Assembly: GCA_004554705.1 (NCBI GenBank)
Contig: SFKS01000001.1
Coordinates: forward strand, 8,186 to 72,185
Reading direction: 5' to 3'
Source of the DNA: Clostridiales bacterium
GTDB taxonomy: Bacteria; Bacillota; Clostridia; TANB77; CAG-508
DNA length: 64,000 nt
The notes beneath the pieces are model-generated. The model worked only from the letters and a program-made list of their open reading frames with translations, had not been told where the DNA came from and ran no database searches. Within the stretch, counting starts at the first letter, position 1, and each line of letters opens with the position of its first letter. A program made the position numbers and the translations under genes. Shown here one piece after another: positions 26,746 through 36,987 of the stretch.

Positions 26746-27507
26746 TTATTCCTTTCCTAGCTTGTCTGATTTTAAATAATATCCTATACCTCTCTTTGTT
26801 ATTAGTATTTTAGGTTCTTCTGTGTCGTCTTTCATTTTTTTTCTTAGTCTTCTAACTAGAACATCTACTGTTCTTTCATCCCCAATGTAGTCATATTTCC
26901 ATACATTTTTTAGCAATTCTTCTCTTGACACTGCTTGACCTTGTTTTAAAGCCAAATATTTAAGAAATTCAAATTCTTTCAATGTTACATCTATGCTTCT
27001 ACCATCAACTTTAACTTCTATTTTTTCTAAATCTAATACTAAGTTTCCAACAGTTACTACTTTATCAGAAGATGTAGTTTCTTCTTCCTCTACAGATTGC
27101 GAAACAAATTTACTTGATGTTGGATCAGATTTACGCAAATTTGCTTTAATCCTTGCCATTAATTCTCGAACACTAAATGGCTTTGTAACATAATCATCTG
27201 CACCTAGTTCTAAGCCTAATATTTTGTCTATTTCTTCATTTCTAGCAGTTAGCATTAGAATAGGTATGTTATATTTGCTTCTTATTTTTTTGCATACTGT
27301 TAATCCATCCATTTTAGGAAGCATAATGTCCAATAGAATCAAGTCAGGTTTGTTTTTAAATGCCATGTCAACAGCAGTTACACCATCATAGGCTTCTAGA
27401 GTATTATAGCCTTCTCTTTTCAAATTATATACTAAAATATCTACAATAGGTGGTTCATCCTCTACTATTAAAATAGTTTTCTGATTGTTTTCTACATTAT
27501 TTTCCAT
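26746..27507 (-). CDS. OmpR/PhoB-family response regulator (cognate partner of the upstream kinase)
   Basis: Receiver domain (ILIVEDEP...LILLDIMLP) plus a winged-helix trans_reg_C domain (RRLRKK...GIGYYL). Confidence 0.88.
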   Translation of the reverse strand: MENNVENNQKTILIVEDEPPIVDILVYNLKREGYNTLEAYDGVTAVDMAFKNKPDLILLDIMLPKMDGLTVCKKIRSKYNIPILMLTARNEEIDKILGLELGADDYVTKPFSVRELMARIKANLRKSDPTSSKFVSQSVEEEETTSSDKVVTVGNLVLDLEKIEVKVDGRSIDVTLKEFEFLKYLALKQGQAVSREELLKNVWKYDYIGDERTVDVLVRRLRKKMKDDTEEPKILITKRGIGYYLKSDKLGKE

Positions 27508-27627
27508 AAGGCGTTCTCCTCTTTAAATTACATTAAATTTAGGATTTAAAATAATATGTGAAAAATTTTTTTATACATTAATTTATATCATATATCTTAA
27601 ATTTATACAAGTTTTTTTATGATTTTT

Positions 27628-28470
27628 TCAAGTTTTTTTGCATATTATTACTCTGTCATTTTTATTCAAGTCTTTATATTCTTTTATATCTGCGTATTTT
27701 TTTTCATTATTTATTATGTCTTTTACCTGCTTTTTTTGTTCTTCACCTATTTCTAAGCATAGGTATCCATTTTTTTTTATGTATTTACTAGCTTGTCCTA
27801 TTATCTTTCTATAAAATTCTAATCCATCTATTCCTCCATCTAGTGCCAATATTGGTTCATTTTGAACTTCTTTGCTTAGTTTTTCTATTTCATGTGTTTT
27901 AATATATGGCGGATTTGATACAATAATGTCAAATTTGTCTTCAATATTATTGAATAAATCAGATAGAATAAATTTTATTTTCTTGCTTCTGTCATTTATC
28001 CTAGCAATAGCTAAAGCCTTCTCACTTATGTCTGATGCATATATTTGAGCTTCTGAAACCTTTTCTGATATTGATATAGCTATTGCACCGCTTCCAGTAC
28101 ACAAATCTAGTATCTTAGGTTTTTTATATTGTTTCAACAGTTTTATTACTTCTTCTACTAGTATTTCTGTATCTGGTTGTGGAATAAGAACATCCTTATT
28201 TACAGCGAATTCAATTCCCATGAATTCTTGCTTTCCTAATATATATTGTATAGGTTCTCCTTCTAATAAATTTTTTATGTATTGTTTGTAAATTGTCTCT
28301 TGTTTTTTTGATATTTCTTTATCGTAATTTATTATTAAATATTCTTTTGGCACTTCTAAAGTAAATGCTAATAGTCTTCGTGCTTTTGCATGAGGTTCTT
28401 CAACTTCGTTTGCTTTTAATTGCTTTATACTCTCTTGTAAAATCTCTTTAATTTTCATTGAGTTTATCAT
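27628..28470 (-). CDS. prmC: Release factor glutamine N5-methyltransferase PrmC (HemK)
   Basis: SAM-binding motif LDLCTGSGAIAI and the catalytic NPPY (IVSNPPYI). Confidence 0.88.
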   Translation of the reverse strand: MINSMKIKEILQESIKQLKANEVEEPHAKARRLLAFTLEVPKEYLIINYDKEISKKQETIYKQYIKNLLEGEPIQYILGKQEFMGIEFAVNKDVLIPQPDTEILVEEVIKLLKQYKKPKILDLCTGSGAIAISISEKVSEAQIYASDISEKALAIARINDRSKKIKFILSDLFNNIEDKFDIIVSNPPYIKTHEIEKLSKEVQNEPILALDGGIDGLEFYRKIIGQASKYIKKNGYLCLEIGEEQKKQVKDIINNEKKYADIKEYKDLNKNDRVIICKKT

Positions 28471-28530
28471 CCTTTACTTTGTATTTTCGTCTTTATAATA
28501 TCATATATCTATATTTTTATCAAGTAATAT

Positions 28531-29658
28531 TTATACCTCTTCCAACACATTTGCTAGGCATTGCATACTTAATAAACATTCTCCTAATGTATTTGCAGTA
28601 GCTCCTACTTCTATTATGCTTGCTCCTGGTGATACATGTTGATTATATCTTGAATTTCTTATTATCATTGGTCTAAATAATCCTGGATACATTTCATTTG
28701 CTTTTTCTTGAATTTTTACTGCTATCTTTAAGTTCTGAACCCAGTTAGGATGCTCTAGACCTCCTCCATCTGTTCCTATTACAAACATGAGTTGTGCAAC
28801 TCTTTGACCGTTTACCATGACTGTTGGTCCATATGTATCACCATTTCCAAGAGCATCACGATGTATGTCTAATACTATACCCGCTTCTTTTTCTTCTAGT
28901 AATCTTTTTGCTGTTTCTAAAGATCTCGTATATGAACCTGAGTATGATGGATAATCATGATATGTTCCATCATGCACAACATTAAAATCTTTTTGAGTAA
29001 GGTATGTTGTTAATTCTGTTCCAACTCTTATTACATTATAGTTATCATCTGTTGTTCTATAGTTTCCTGTCATCGTATAGTTATAAGTCTCACAAGGAGT
29101 ATAGCTTTCGCAGGTATGTGTATGATATATTAATATATTTTTTTTGTTTTGTATTTCCACATCAGGTATAAGCATTTCTTCTGTTATAGTATAGTTACTT
29201 TGATTATCTATTTTGGTAGTTCCATAAGAGTCTGTTACTCTTGAATTTATATTTCTTTCTGTTACTATTTCTGTATTTGCAACTTTAGGTATCTGTATTT
29301 GTTCTATTGTAGTATTTTTTTCTGTTGCCTCTATTATTTGTTTTTCTTCAATTTCGTCAGGAACTTGATAGTTGTATGTAGAAGTTTGTATTGGCTTTAA
29401 AATTGGAGTTTCCATACTTAGTATCTTGGTTAGTTTTATTTCACGGTTATTGTTGTCCTTTTCCGTTACAAGTTCTGAAATGCTTAAATTTAGACATATT
29501 GTGAATAATTTGTTATTCACATTACTTAAGTCTATTCTTTTTAAGGATTGGCTAGAATTTGATATGACCTTCATAAATATAAATATTATGCAACAAACAA
29601 TAATTATCTTAACAGTGTATTTACCTATATCTTTCAAATTAATTACTGCTACATTCAT
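28531..29658 (-). CDS. spoIIP: Stage II sporulation protein P (SpoIIP, cell-wall amidase for engulfment)
   Basis: N-terminal TM and the SpoIIP family core (IYHTHTCESY ... VLDIHRDA ... GTDGGGLEHPNWVQNL). Confidence 0.85.
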   Translation of the reverse strand: MNVAVINLKDIGKYTVKIIIVCCIIFIFMKVISNSSQSLKRIDLSNVNNKLFTICLNLSISELVTEKDNNNREIKLTKILSMETPILKPIQTSTYNYQVPDEIEEKQIIEATEKNTTIEQIQIPKVANTEIVTERNINSRVTDSYGTTKIDNQSNYTITEEMLIPDVEIQNKKNILIYHTHTCESYTPCETYNYTMTGNYRTTDDNYNVIRVGTELTTYLTQKDFNVVHDGTYHDYPSYSGSYTRSLETAKRLLEEKEAGIVLDIHRDALGNGDTYGPTVMVNGQRVAQLMFVIGTDGGGLEHPNWVQNLKIAVKIQEKANEMYPGLFRPMIIRNSRYNQHVSPGASIIEVGATANTLGECLLSMQCLANVLEEV

Positions 29659-29730
29659 ATATTCTTAAAGCCTCCCTTTTTTAATATATATTTAGCATAT
29701 TATAAAAATATGCTAAAGGAGTACAACCCT

Positions 29731-31944
29731 TTAGCATATCTCATATTCAAATATATTTATTTTTAGTGTTTCAATCTTAGGTGAAGCTTCAATTGTTTTT
29801 ATAATATAGTTTTCATCTTTATTCTTTAATTTTAAGTTTAGCTTTTCTGTATTAATAAGTATTCCATCTGATATATGCATTCCTAGTGGTAAAGTCTGAT
29901 TATTATTGTTATAGTACATTATATTTGTTAATGCTATACAATTGGTGTTTTCTTTTAGCATAATTTTATATAGATTTACTTCTTTACTTTTTGCATCTTT
30001 TAGAGCACTTTCAGGATTAATGTAAAATACATTAAGTCCATCCTCTATGTTTCCTACTTTATATATAGGGATTTCTATGTCGCTTTTAAATTTTTTTATG
30101 CTTGCTTGTATGTCATCAGCTATATTTCTTATTTTATTTGTATATTCTTTGAGTGTTGTTTTACCTTTTAAATTTAATATTGAAAATTTATTTTTAGCAT
30201 TTTCTCTATGTTTTATGTTTCCTAATGTTTTCACTTGTTCATTAGACGAGTCAATACTTCCAAATATGTCAAACGCTGTATTTTTTTCGTTTTCTTGCAT
30301 TTCCTCTTTTAATTTTAGTAGATGTTCTTCTGATATTTTTTCTTTATGTATTATGCAATTAATGTCATTTAGGACATTTGTCGTTGCAATGAAGATACTG
30401 TCTGTTTCTTCTTTTGTGAATACAGTTCTCTGTTCTTTATCCATTTGTTTTGATAAATCTTCAAAGTCTAAATCAAAATTAAAGGCTTTTTTTAGTTTTC
30501 TATTTGTGTGAACTTCTATAATACCTTCATTAAGCTGTTTTGCTTCGTCTTTATTTGTAAATTTCCAAAATTCAAAAATACTTTTTTTATGGTCATCTAT
30601 TTCTTTTATATATAGTGTGGCATTTTTAATTTTTGTTTGCAACATATTAATTCTTTTATTTATTGCTTCTATGTCTAACTCTAAATCTTTTATAGCATTT
30701 GTCTCTTGGTCTAATTTTGTATATAAGGTTAGTAGTTCTTCTAATGTATAGACCTCTTTTATTTCTGTTCTTTCGCAATATTTTAGCTTGTTTGTTGGTT
30801 CATCTTTTTCTGTAATATTAGTATTTGTAGTTTGAATACTTTTTTTCTTATATTTTATAAAATATTTAACTTTACCGAAGAAGGTTTTTTTACATTCAAG
30901 GAAGGTTGATATTTGTTTTTCTTTTTCAAAATATTCTTGGTCTAAATTTTTTGATAGTTTTTTGAGTTTTCTTAATTTTTTGTCAAGATTTATTTTTACT
31001 TCCTTTGCTTTAATTGTTTTTTCTAGTCCTTGAAGATATTCTCTTTTTATAAAGTCAATAAGTTTGCTATTGTCTATTTTATCTTCACCATAGTAGAAAT
31101 GAATTGTTCCTTTTTCATCAAGCTTTATGTTGAATTTATAATGGTGAGAAAGCTGAGTTTCTAAAATAAATAGCACTTTTAGTAATTTGTAATAATCTTC
31201 TGCTTCTCCTTGAGTTTTTAATTCTATTTTATATTCACTTTTAATTGTATCATATATTGTTGCTTTGCCCAGTATTTGTATGCTCATATTGTCTTGTTTA
31301 TCATAAACTTCATATATTGATGGCCAGTCTTTTGCAAAGAAGCACAAAAATTTTTCTAACTCTTCAATTTCTGAAGTGTTTAAAAATGTGTTGCTATATT
31401 CGGAATAACAAATAGGCACAAAGATTTTTTCTTCTTTTCCTTTTATTTGTTTTTTAATAACATAAAATAGTTCTGCAAGCTCAGATTCTTTAATCGGTAT
31501 AAGCATAAAATATTTTTTTGAAGTCTGTGAGTAATGCACTTGCCAGATGTAATCTTTATTAAATTTTACAGTATATGGAATACTTTTGTTTAATGCCTTT
31601 TGTTGTTCTTCTAAAATTTCTATTTCTTCAAGATTAAGTTTTCTAATAAGATTTAAGAATAGTAGGTTTCTTTCAATATCTTCTTCTGTGTCTACGTTTA
31701 AGTAAGCACCTATTGGCAATGCTTTTGCATATTTTTCTGTATAGTCTGCTAATCTGTGTGTAGGAGTTAGGAATATTTCAATATCATTTATATCTACATA
31801 TTTATACACTTTATAATTTTTCTCATTATAGTTTTTATGAATTCCAAAATCAATAGGTTGGAATAAATTAAATTTATCTGGTATGTTTTTTAAATCTAAT
31901 CCAATAAAGTTAAGCTTTTCGGTTAAATTTTCATTAGTTTCCAA
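29731..31944 (-). CDS. Large uncharacterised protein (737 aa) with a central coiled-coil region
   Basis: One long ORF with Lys/Glu-rich heptad-like segments between residues ~300 and 560. No known catalytic or binding motif was recognised. Confidence 0.55.
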   Translation of the reverse strand: METNENLTEKLNFIGLDLKNIPDKFNLFQPIDFGIHKNYNEKNYKVYKYVDINDIEIFLTPTHRLADYTEKYAKALPIGAYLNVDTEEDIERNLLFLNLIRKLNLEEIEILEEQQKALNKSIPYTVKFNKDYIWQVHYSQTSKKYFMLIPIKESELAELFYVIKKQIKGKEEKIFVPICYSEYSNTFLNTSEIEELEKFLCFFAKDWPSIYEVYDKQDNMSIQILGKATIYDTIKSEYKIELKTQGEAEDYYKLLKVLFILETQLSHHYKFNIKLDEKGTIHFYYGEDKIDNSKLIDFIKREYLQGLEKTIKAKEVKINLDKKLRKLKKLSKNLDQEYFEKEKQISTFLECKKTFFGKVKYFIKYKKKSIQTTNTNITEKDEPTNKLKYCERTEIKEVYTLEELLTLYTKLDQETNAIKDLELDIEAINKRINMLQTKIKNATLYIKEIDDHKKSIFEFWKFTNKDEAKQLNEGIIEVHTNRKLKKAFNFDLDFEDLSKQMDKEQRTVFTKEETDSIFIATTNVLNDINCIIHKEKISEEHLLKLKEEMQENEKNTAFDIFGSIDSSNEQVKTLGNIKHRENAKNKFSILNLKGKTTLKEYTNKIRNIADDIQASIKKFKSDIEIPIYKVGNIEDGLNVFYINPESALKDAKSKEVNLYKIMLKENTNCIALTNIMYYNNNNQTLPLGMHISDGILINTEKLNLKLKNKDENYIIKTIEASPKIETLKINIFEYEIC

Positions 31945-32014
31945 GTTATCTACCTCTCATTTATATTTTTTGTAAGTATATCATAAAAGTATTATTTATT
32001 CAATAATTAACTAA

Positions 32015-32046
32015 TAAAAAAAATGCCTTATTCGGCATCTTTTTTT
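32015..32046 (-). terminator. Rho-independent terminator of rpmF, overlapping its stop codon (GATGCC-gaataa-GGCATT + U8)
   Basis: A short GC stem flanked by A8 and T8 runs. Confidence 0.6.
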
Positions 32047-32210
32047 ATTACTTCTTTACCATCATAGTATCCGCAATTTGAACATACTCTGTGTGGCATT
32101 ATTGGTTCATTACAGTGTTTACATCTAGCTATACTTGGTTCTTCTAATTTCCATGTTGATCTTTTTGTTCTTGTTCTTTCTTTTGACCATCTTCTTTTTG
32201 GTTGTGCCAT
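32028..32210 (-). CDS. rpmF: 50S ribosomal protein L32
   Basis: The translation MAQPKRRWSKERTRTKRSTWKL...CKHCNEPIMPHRVCSNCGYY matches the L32 family (C4 zinc ribbon). Confidence 0.92.
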   Translation of the reverse strand: MAQPKRRWSKERTRTKRSTWKLEEPSIARCKHCNEPIMPHRVCSNCGYYDGKEVIKKDAE

Positions 32211-32337
32211 ACTTATTCCCTCCTCTGTTAGTACACTATTTATCTATATACCTTTATTTTTTTAGCTACTAAACTAGTATACTAAGAATTTATAGATTTG
32301 TCAATACTTATGGTAAATTTTGTGAAAAAAAGTGATC

Positions 32338-32375
32338 AAATGTAGGAGTGAGCATAGCTCGCTCCTACATTTTTA
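32338..32375. terminator. GC-clamped hairpin TGTAGGAGTGAGC-ata-GCTCGCTCCTACA + T5; bidirectional terminator
   Basis: A 13-bp stem. It has the same TGTAGG...CCTACA architecture as the hairpin at 4167-4209. Confidence 0.65.
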
Positions 32376-32380
32376 AAATT

Positions 32381-32809
32381 CTATTGGCACATTTCTGGTT
32401 TTTCGTCTTTACAACTTGGTTTAAAATCTCTGCATTCTAGTTTAACGCCTTTTAAGCATTTTCCGTGTCTCTTGCAGTCTATACATTGTTTGCAATGTCT
32501 TACTTTATCTGCCCATATTTGTAATTCATACTTTTTGTCTGGACATAATGGTCCAAATACAAATTCTCCGTCTTTGTCTGTAAATGTGTGTGATACTGGC
32601 TTTCTTTCTTCTTTTCCACAGTCATGAGAAACTTCTATTAATTTTATTACTGCATCTTCTACTGGTTCTTTATAACAGTCTCTTATTATTCCAAATATTA
32701 CATCCCTATTGTCTTCTGGTAAATTTATTTCTAAATCAAATTGCTTTCCTTTTTCTATAAATCCATCTACTTTAATTTCTTGGCATGGTTTTTTTTCTTC
32801 AAATTCCAT
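32381..32809 (-). CDS. Hypothetical Cys-rich protein (142 aa)
   Basis: The ORF carries 12 Cys, including CKQCIDCKRHGKC; a possible beta-sandwich segment is DGEFVFGPL..KYELQIW. Confidence 0.5.
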   Translation of the reverse strand: MEFEEKKPCQEIKVDGFIEKGKQFDLEINLPEDNRDVIFGIIRDCYKEPVEDAVIKLIEVSHDCGKEERKPVSHTFTDKDGEFVFGPLCPDKKYELQIWADKVRHCKQCIDCKRHGKCLKGVKLECRDFKPSCKDEKPEMCQ

Positions 32810-32941
32810 TTTCTTTCATCCACCTTTTTAATATTTTTATGCTTTCGCATATCTAATATATTATATGAGAATGTATAGAAATTGGTGCTAGCCAAAAACG
32901 CCTTTATCTACATAATCGTGAGTAAAAGGCGTCTTTTAAAA

Positions 32942-33499
32942 TTAAATATTATAAAAATATGTTGCTTCTAAATCTGCTTCATGAAGTAGCAATGCAAGTG
33001 GATATTTTTTAAATGCTTGACCTAGTGGTACATATAATTCTTTTGGCTCTGAAAATCCCATATGCCAACGTATTGCATATTTTTCTTCATTTGTCAGTTT
33101 TATATATTCTGTAAGCATCATTACTGACTTTTCTCCATGCCCATATGGTATGGTATCTTCTATTGTATAATATGGGGCTTTTTCCCATTCTCCTTTTGCA
33201 TTTTTTACATTTCTGTAATCTACTTTATAGAAGTTTACTTTGCAAATATCGTGTAATAGCGTTGATATTATTAATGTATCTTCACTCACTTCTAGTTTAT
33301 GAGATTCTATTTTTTCTTTTAATATTTCATAAACCTTGTAGCTATGTTCTGCTAAACCGGATTTATATGCTCCATGATATTTAGTGCTTGCTGGTGCTTC
33401 ATAGTAATCTGATTTTTCTAGAAATTCCATCAGTTCTTTCATGCCTGTTCTGTTTACTTTATTCAATAATTCTTTTATTTTATCTTTTATTTCGCTCAT
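32942..33499 (-). CDS. HD-domain phosphohydrolase
   Basis: Motifs KYHG...GLAEHS, LLHDICK and LLLHEADLEA are consistent with an HD-domain metal-dependent phosphohydrolase. Confidence 0.7.
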   Translation of the reverse strand: MSEIKDKIKELLNKVNRTGMKELMEFLEKSDYYEAPASTKYHGAYKSGLAEHSYKVYEILKEKIESHKLEVSEDTLIISTLLHDICKVNFYKVDYRNVKNAKGEWEKAPYYTIEDTIPYGHGEKSVMMLTEYIKLTNEEKYAIRWHMGFSEPKELYVPLGQAFKKYPLALLLHEADLEATYFYNI

Positions 33500-33517
33500 G
33501 GTATTCTCCTATTCTTG

Positions 33518-34840
33518 TTATGCAGTTTCTACGTCTCTAGTTGGCTTTGCTTTTCTTTTTTTAATTATTCCTCTCTTCATGTCTACTTCTTCTTCTTTGC
33601 ACAATTCTAATATAGGTGGAGCTTTCTTTTCTACAGTGTCTTTTGTTATCGTGCATTTTTCAATTCTCATATTGCTTGGCACCTCAAACATTATATCTCT
33701 CATTATATTCTCTATTATTGAGCGCAAGCCTCTTGCACCTGTATTTCTATCTATTGCTTTGTCTACTATTGAGTTTAGAGCATCATCTTCAAATTCTAGT
33801 TCTACACCATCAAGCTCTAATAGTTTTTTGTATTGTTTTACTAAGGCATTTTTTGGTTTTGTTACTATTTCTATTAGTGCATCTCTATCTAATTCTTGAA
33901 GTGTCGCAATAATTGGTAATCTACCTACAAATTCTGGAATTAGTCCAAATTTTAATAAATCCTGTGGTAATAGTTGTTCAAATATTTTATATTTGTCATG
34001 TATATCTTTTTTACTTTCTATTTGAGCTCCAAAGCCTAATGATTTCTTGTTTGTTCTTTCTTTTATAATCTTTTCCAATCCTTCAAAAGCTCCTCCACAT
34101 ATAAATAATATGTTTGAAGTATCTATTTGAATAAATTCTTGATGTGGATGTTTTCTACCTCCTTGTGGTGGTACTGATGCTATTGTTCCTTCTACTATTT
34201 TTAGTAATGCTTGCTGTACTCCTTCTCCGCTCACATCTCTTGTTATTGAAGGGTTTTCTGATTTTCTTGTTATTTTATCTATTTCATCTATATATATAAT
34301 TCCTTTTTGAGCTTTTGATATATCAAATTCAGCATTTTGGATTAGTTTTAAAAGTATATTTTCAACATCTTCCCCTACATATCCTGCTTCTGTAAGCGTT
34401 GTAGCATCTGCTATTGCAAAAGGCACATTTAATATTCTTGCTAATGTTTGTGCTAATAGTGTTTTTCCACAGCCTGTTGGTCCTAACAGTAGAATATTGC
34501 TTTTTTGTATTTCTACATCATCTATAATTTCTTTGCAGTTAATTCTTTTGTAATGATTATATACCGCTACTGCTAAGGTTTTTTTTGCTTCATCTTGACC
34601 TATTACATATTCATCTAAAACAGCTTTGATTTCAGCTGGTGTTGGGATTTCTTCTCCTTTAATTTCTTCATATCCTAAGTTTTCATCGTATATTTCGTTT
34701 TCCATTATGTTATTGCATACATTGATGCACTCATCGCAAATGTAAACTGATTTTGGCCCAGCTATTAGTTTTTTGACCATTTCTTGAGCTTTGCCACAAA
34801 ATGAACATCTTATTTCATTTATATCTTTTTTATTTGCCAT
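33518..34840 (-). CDS. clpX: ATP-dependent Clp protease ATP-binding subunit ClpX
   Basis: N-terminal zinc-binding CSFCGK...CDEC, Walker [12 protein letters not shown], and IGF-type loop. Confidence 0.95.
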   Translation of the reverse strand: MANKKDINEIRCSFCGKAQEMVKKLIAGPKSVYICDECINVCNNIMENEIYDENLGYEEIKGEEIPTPAEIKAVLDEYVIGQDEAKKTLAVAVYNHYKRINCKEIIDDVEIQKSNILLLGPTGCGKTLLAQTLARILNVPFAIADATTLTEAGYVGEDVENILLKLIQNAEFDISKAQKGIIYIDEIDKITRKSENPSITRDVSGEGVQQALLKIVEGTIASVPPQGGRKHPHQEFIQIDTSNILFICGGAFEGLEKIIKERTNKKSLGFGAQIESKKDIHDKYKIFEQLLPQDLLKFGLIPEFVGRLPIIATLQELDRDALIEIVTKPKNALVKQYKKLLELDGVELEFEDDALNSIVDKAIDRNTGARGLRSIIENIMRDIMFEVPSNMRIEKCTITKDTVEKKAPPILELCKEEEVDMKRGIIKKRKAKPTRDVETA

Positions 34841-34913
34841 TTATTAATTCCTTTCTTTAAAATATTTTATGTGTATTGTTTGTAGGGTAGGCAATGCACA
34901 CCACCTACAGTAC

Positions 34914-35540
34914 CTATTTTCTGTAATCTAAGATACCATCTATTAAACCATATTTTAATGCTTCTTCTGCTGTCATGTAATGGTCTCTTTCTGTATCTTT
35001 TTCAATTTGTTCTAAGCTTTGACCTGTTTTTTCACTTAATAGTTTGTTTAATTTTTCTCTTGTTTTAACCATATGATCTGCATGTATTTTTATTTCTGTT
35101 GTTTGACCTGCTAATCCTCCCGAAATTAGTGGTTGGTGTATTAAAACCTCTGCATTTGGTGTGGCAAATCGTTTTCCTTTTGTTCCACATGCTAAAAGTA
35201 CAGATCCCATACTTGCAGCTAACCCTACACATATCGTAGAAACCGGACATTTTATATAATTCATTGTATCTACTATAGCCATTCCATCTGTAATTGAGCC
35301 TCCTGGACTATTGATGTAAAATGATATTTCTTTATCTGGATCTTCAGATTCTAAAAATAGCATTTGAGCTACTACTAGGCTTGCAGTTACATGGTTTACA
35401 TCTTCACTTAAAAAGATTATTCTATCTTTTAAAAGTCTTGAGAATATATCATATGATCTTTCTCCTCTACTTGTTTGTTCAATTACATAAGGTACTAAAC
35501 TGTTATTTTGCATACTTATCAAATCCTTTCTTTTTTTCAT
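34914..35540 (-). CDS. clpP: ATP-dependent Clp protease proteolytic subunit ClpP
   Basis: Catalytic triad context ([12 protein letters not shown]). Confidence 0.95.
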   Translation of the reverse strand: MKKRKDLISMQNNSLVPYVIEQTSRGERSYDIFSRLLKDRIIFLSEDVNHVTASLVVAQMLFLESEDPDKEISFYINSPGGSITDGMAIVDTMNYIKCPVSTICVGLAASMGSVLLACGTKGKRFATPNAEVLIHQPLISGGLAGQTTEIKIHADHMVKTREKLNKLLSEKTGQSLEQIEKDTERDHYMTAEEALKYGLIDGILDYRK

Positions 35541-35594
35541 ATTATGTAAAATTAGGGACTAACTACTTAGGTGCTAGCCCCTTGTAAACTCTGC

Positions 35595-36881
35595 TTATTT
35601 AACTTTAGCATTATCCACAATAAAATGAATTGTTTTTTCTGTTTTTAGACTTTCTTCTACATATTTTCTTAAGTTTGGATTGTCTTTAACTTCTTCTTCT
35701 TTTTGTCCATACATTTTTGCCATTTCTTTGATTTTTTCTTCAATTTCTTCATCTGTGACTTCTATTTTTGTATCTTTCATTATTGCTTCTAGCACTAAGC
35801 TTCTTTTAACTTGTTTTTCTGCTTGTTCTTTATATTCGTCTCTGAATTCTTGTTTCGTTTTACCAATCATTTGTAGATATTGTTCTAATTTCATACCTTG
35901 ATAGCTCAATCTTGATGATATGTCTTGCTCCATATTGTCTATTTCTGTTTCAATCATTCCACTTGGAATATCTACTGTAGATGTTTTACATACTTCCTCT
36001 ATTGCTGCATCTTCCATTTCAAATTTAGCTTTTGATTCATTAGCTTTTTCTTGTTTTTCTTTTATAGATTTCTTCCAGTCTGCTAATGTATCAAATTCGC
36101 TTGCATCTTTTGCAAATTCATCATTTATTTCTGGCAATTCTTTTTTCTTTATTTCATGTAGTTTAACTTTGAATATTGCAGCTTTTCCTCCTAGTTCTTT
36201 TGCTGGATAATCTTCTGGGAAGGTAACATTTATGTCTTTTTCTTCGTCAGTTTTCATACCAATTATTTGGTCTTCAAATCCTGGTATGAATTTTCCACTT
36301 CCTATTTCTAATTCGTGATTTTCTGCTTTTCCTCCTTCAAAAGCTTTACCATCAACAAAACCTTCAAAGTCTATTATAGTAATATCGCCTTTTTCTACAG
36401 GTCTGCTTTCTACAGTTACAAGTCTTGCATTATGCTCTGCGACATGCTCTAATTCATGGTCAACATCTTCATCAGATACATTATACTCTACTTTTTTAAT
36501 TTCTATACCTTTATACTTCCCTAATTTTACTTCTGGCTTTGTTTGTACAACTGCTGTGAATATTAAATCTTTTCCTGCTTCAATTTGTACTATATCAATT
36601 TCTGGTTTACTTACAGCTTCTATTTTATTATCTTCTAAACCTTTTGCATAAACTTCTCCTGCAATTTCGTTAAAAGCATCTTCATAAAATATTTGTATTC
36701 CGTATGTCTTTTCTACCATTTTGAAAGGAGCTTTTCCTTTTCTAAAGCCTGGTATATTAAAGTATTTTGCATTTTTCTTATATACATTTTGTATAGCTTC
36801 ATCAAATTTTTGTGCCTCAACTGTAAACTCTAGTTTAATTTCATTTGCTTTGTTCTCTACTTTTTCTACTTTTACTTTCAT
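35595..36881 (-). CDS. tig: Trigger factor
   Basis: N-terminal ribosome-binding motif GFRKGKAP, an FKBP-type PPIase domain, and an acidic C-terminal domain. Confidence 0.93.
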   Translation of the reverse strand: MKVKVEKVENKANEIKLEFTVEAQKFDEAIQNVYKKNAKYFNIPGFRKGKAPFKMVEKTYGIQIFYEDAFNEIAGEVYAKGLEDNKIEAVSKPEIDIVQIEAGKDLIFTAVVQTKPEVKLGKYKGIEIKKVEYNVSDEDVDHELEHVAEHNARLVTVESRPVEKGDITIIDFEGFVDGKAFEGGKAENHELEIGSGKFIPGFEDQIIGMKTDEEKDINVTFPEDYPAKELGGKAAIFKVKLHEIKKKELPEINDEFAKDASEFDTLADWKKSIKEKQEKANESKAKFEMEDAAIEEVCKTSTVDIPSGMIETEIDNMEQDISSRLSYQGMKLEQYLQMIGKTKQEFRDEYKEQAEKQVKRSLVLEAIMKDTKIEVTDEEIEEKIKEMAKMYGQKEEEVKDNPNLRKYVEESLKTEKTIHFIVDNAKVK

Positions 36882-36987
36882 TGTTTAAATTCAATCCTTT
36901 CTGTTTGCTAAAATTAACTATAATATTATATCATAAATTACAGGTTTTGCAATAGTTAGAATAATTATTTTTGAGATTCCTTAATTT

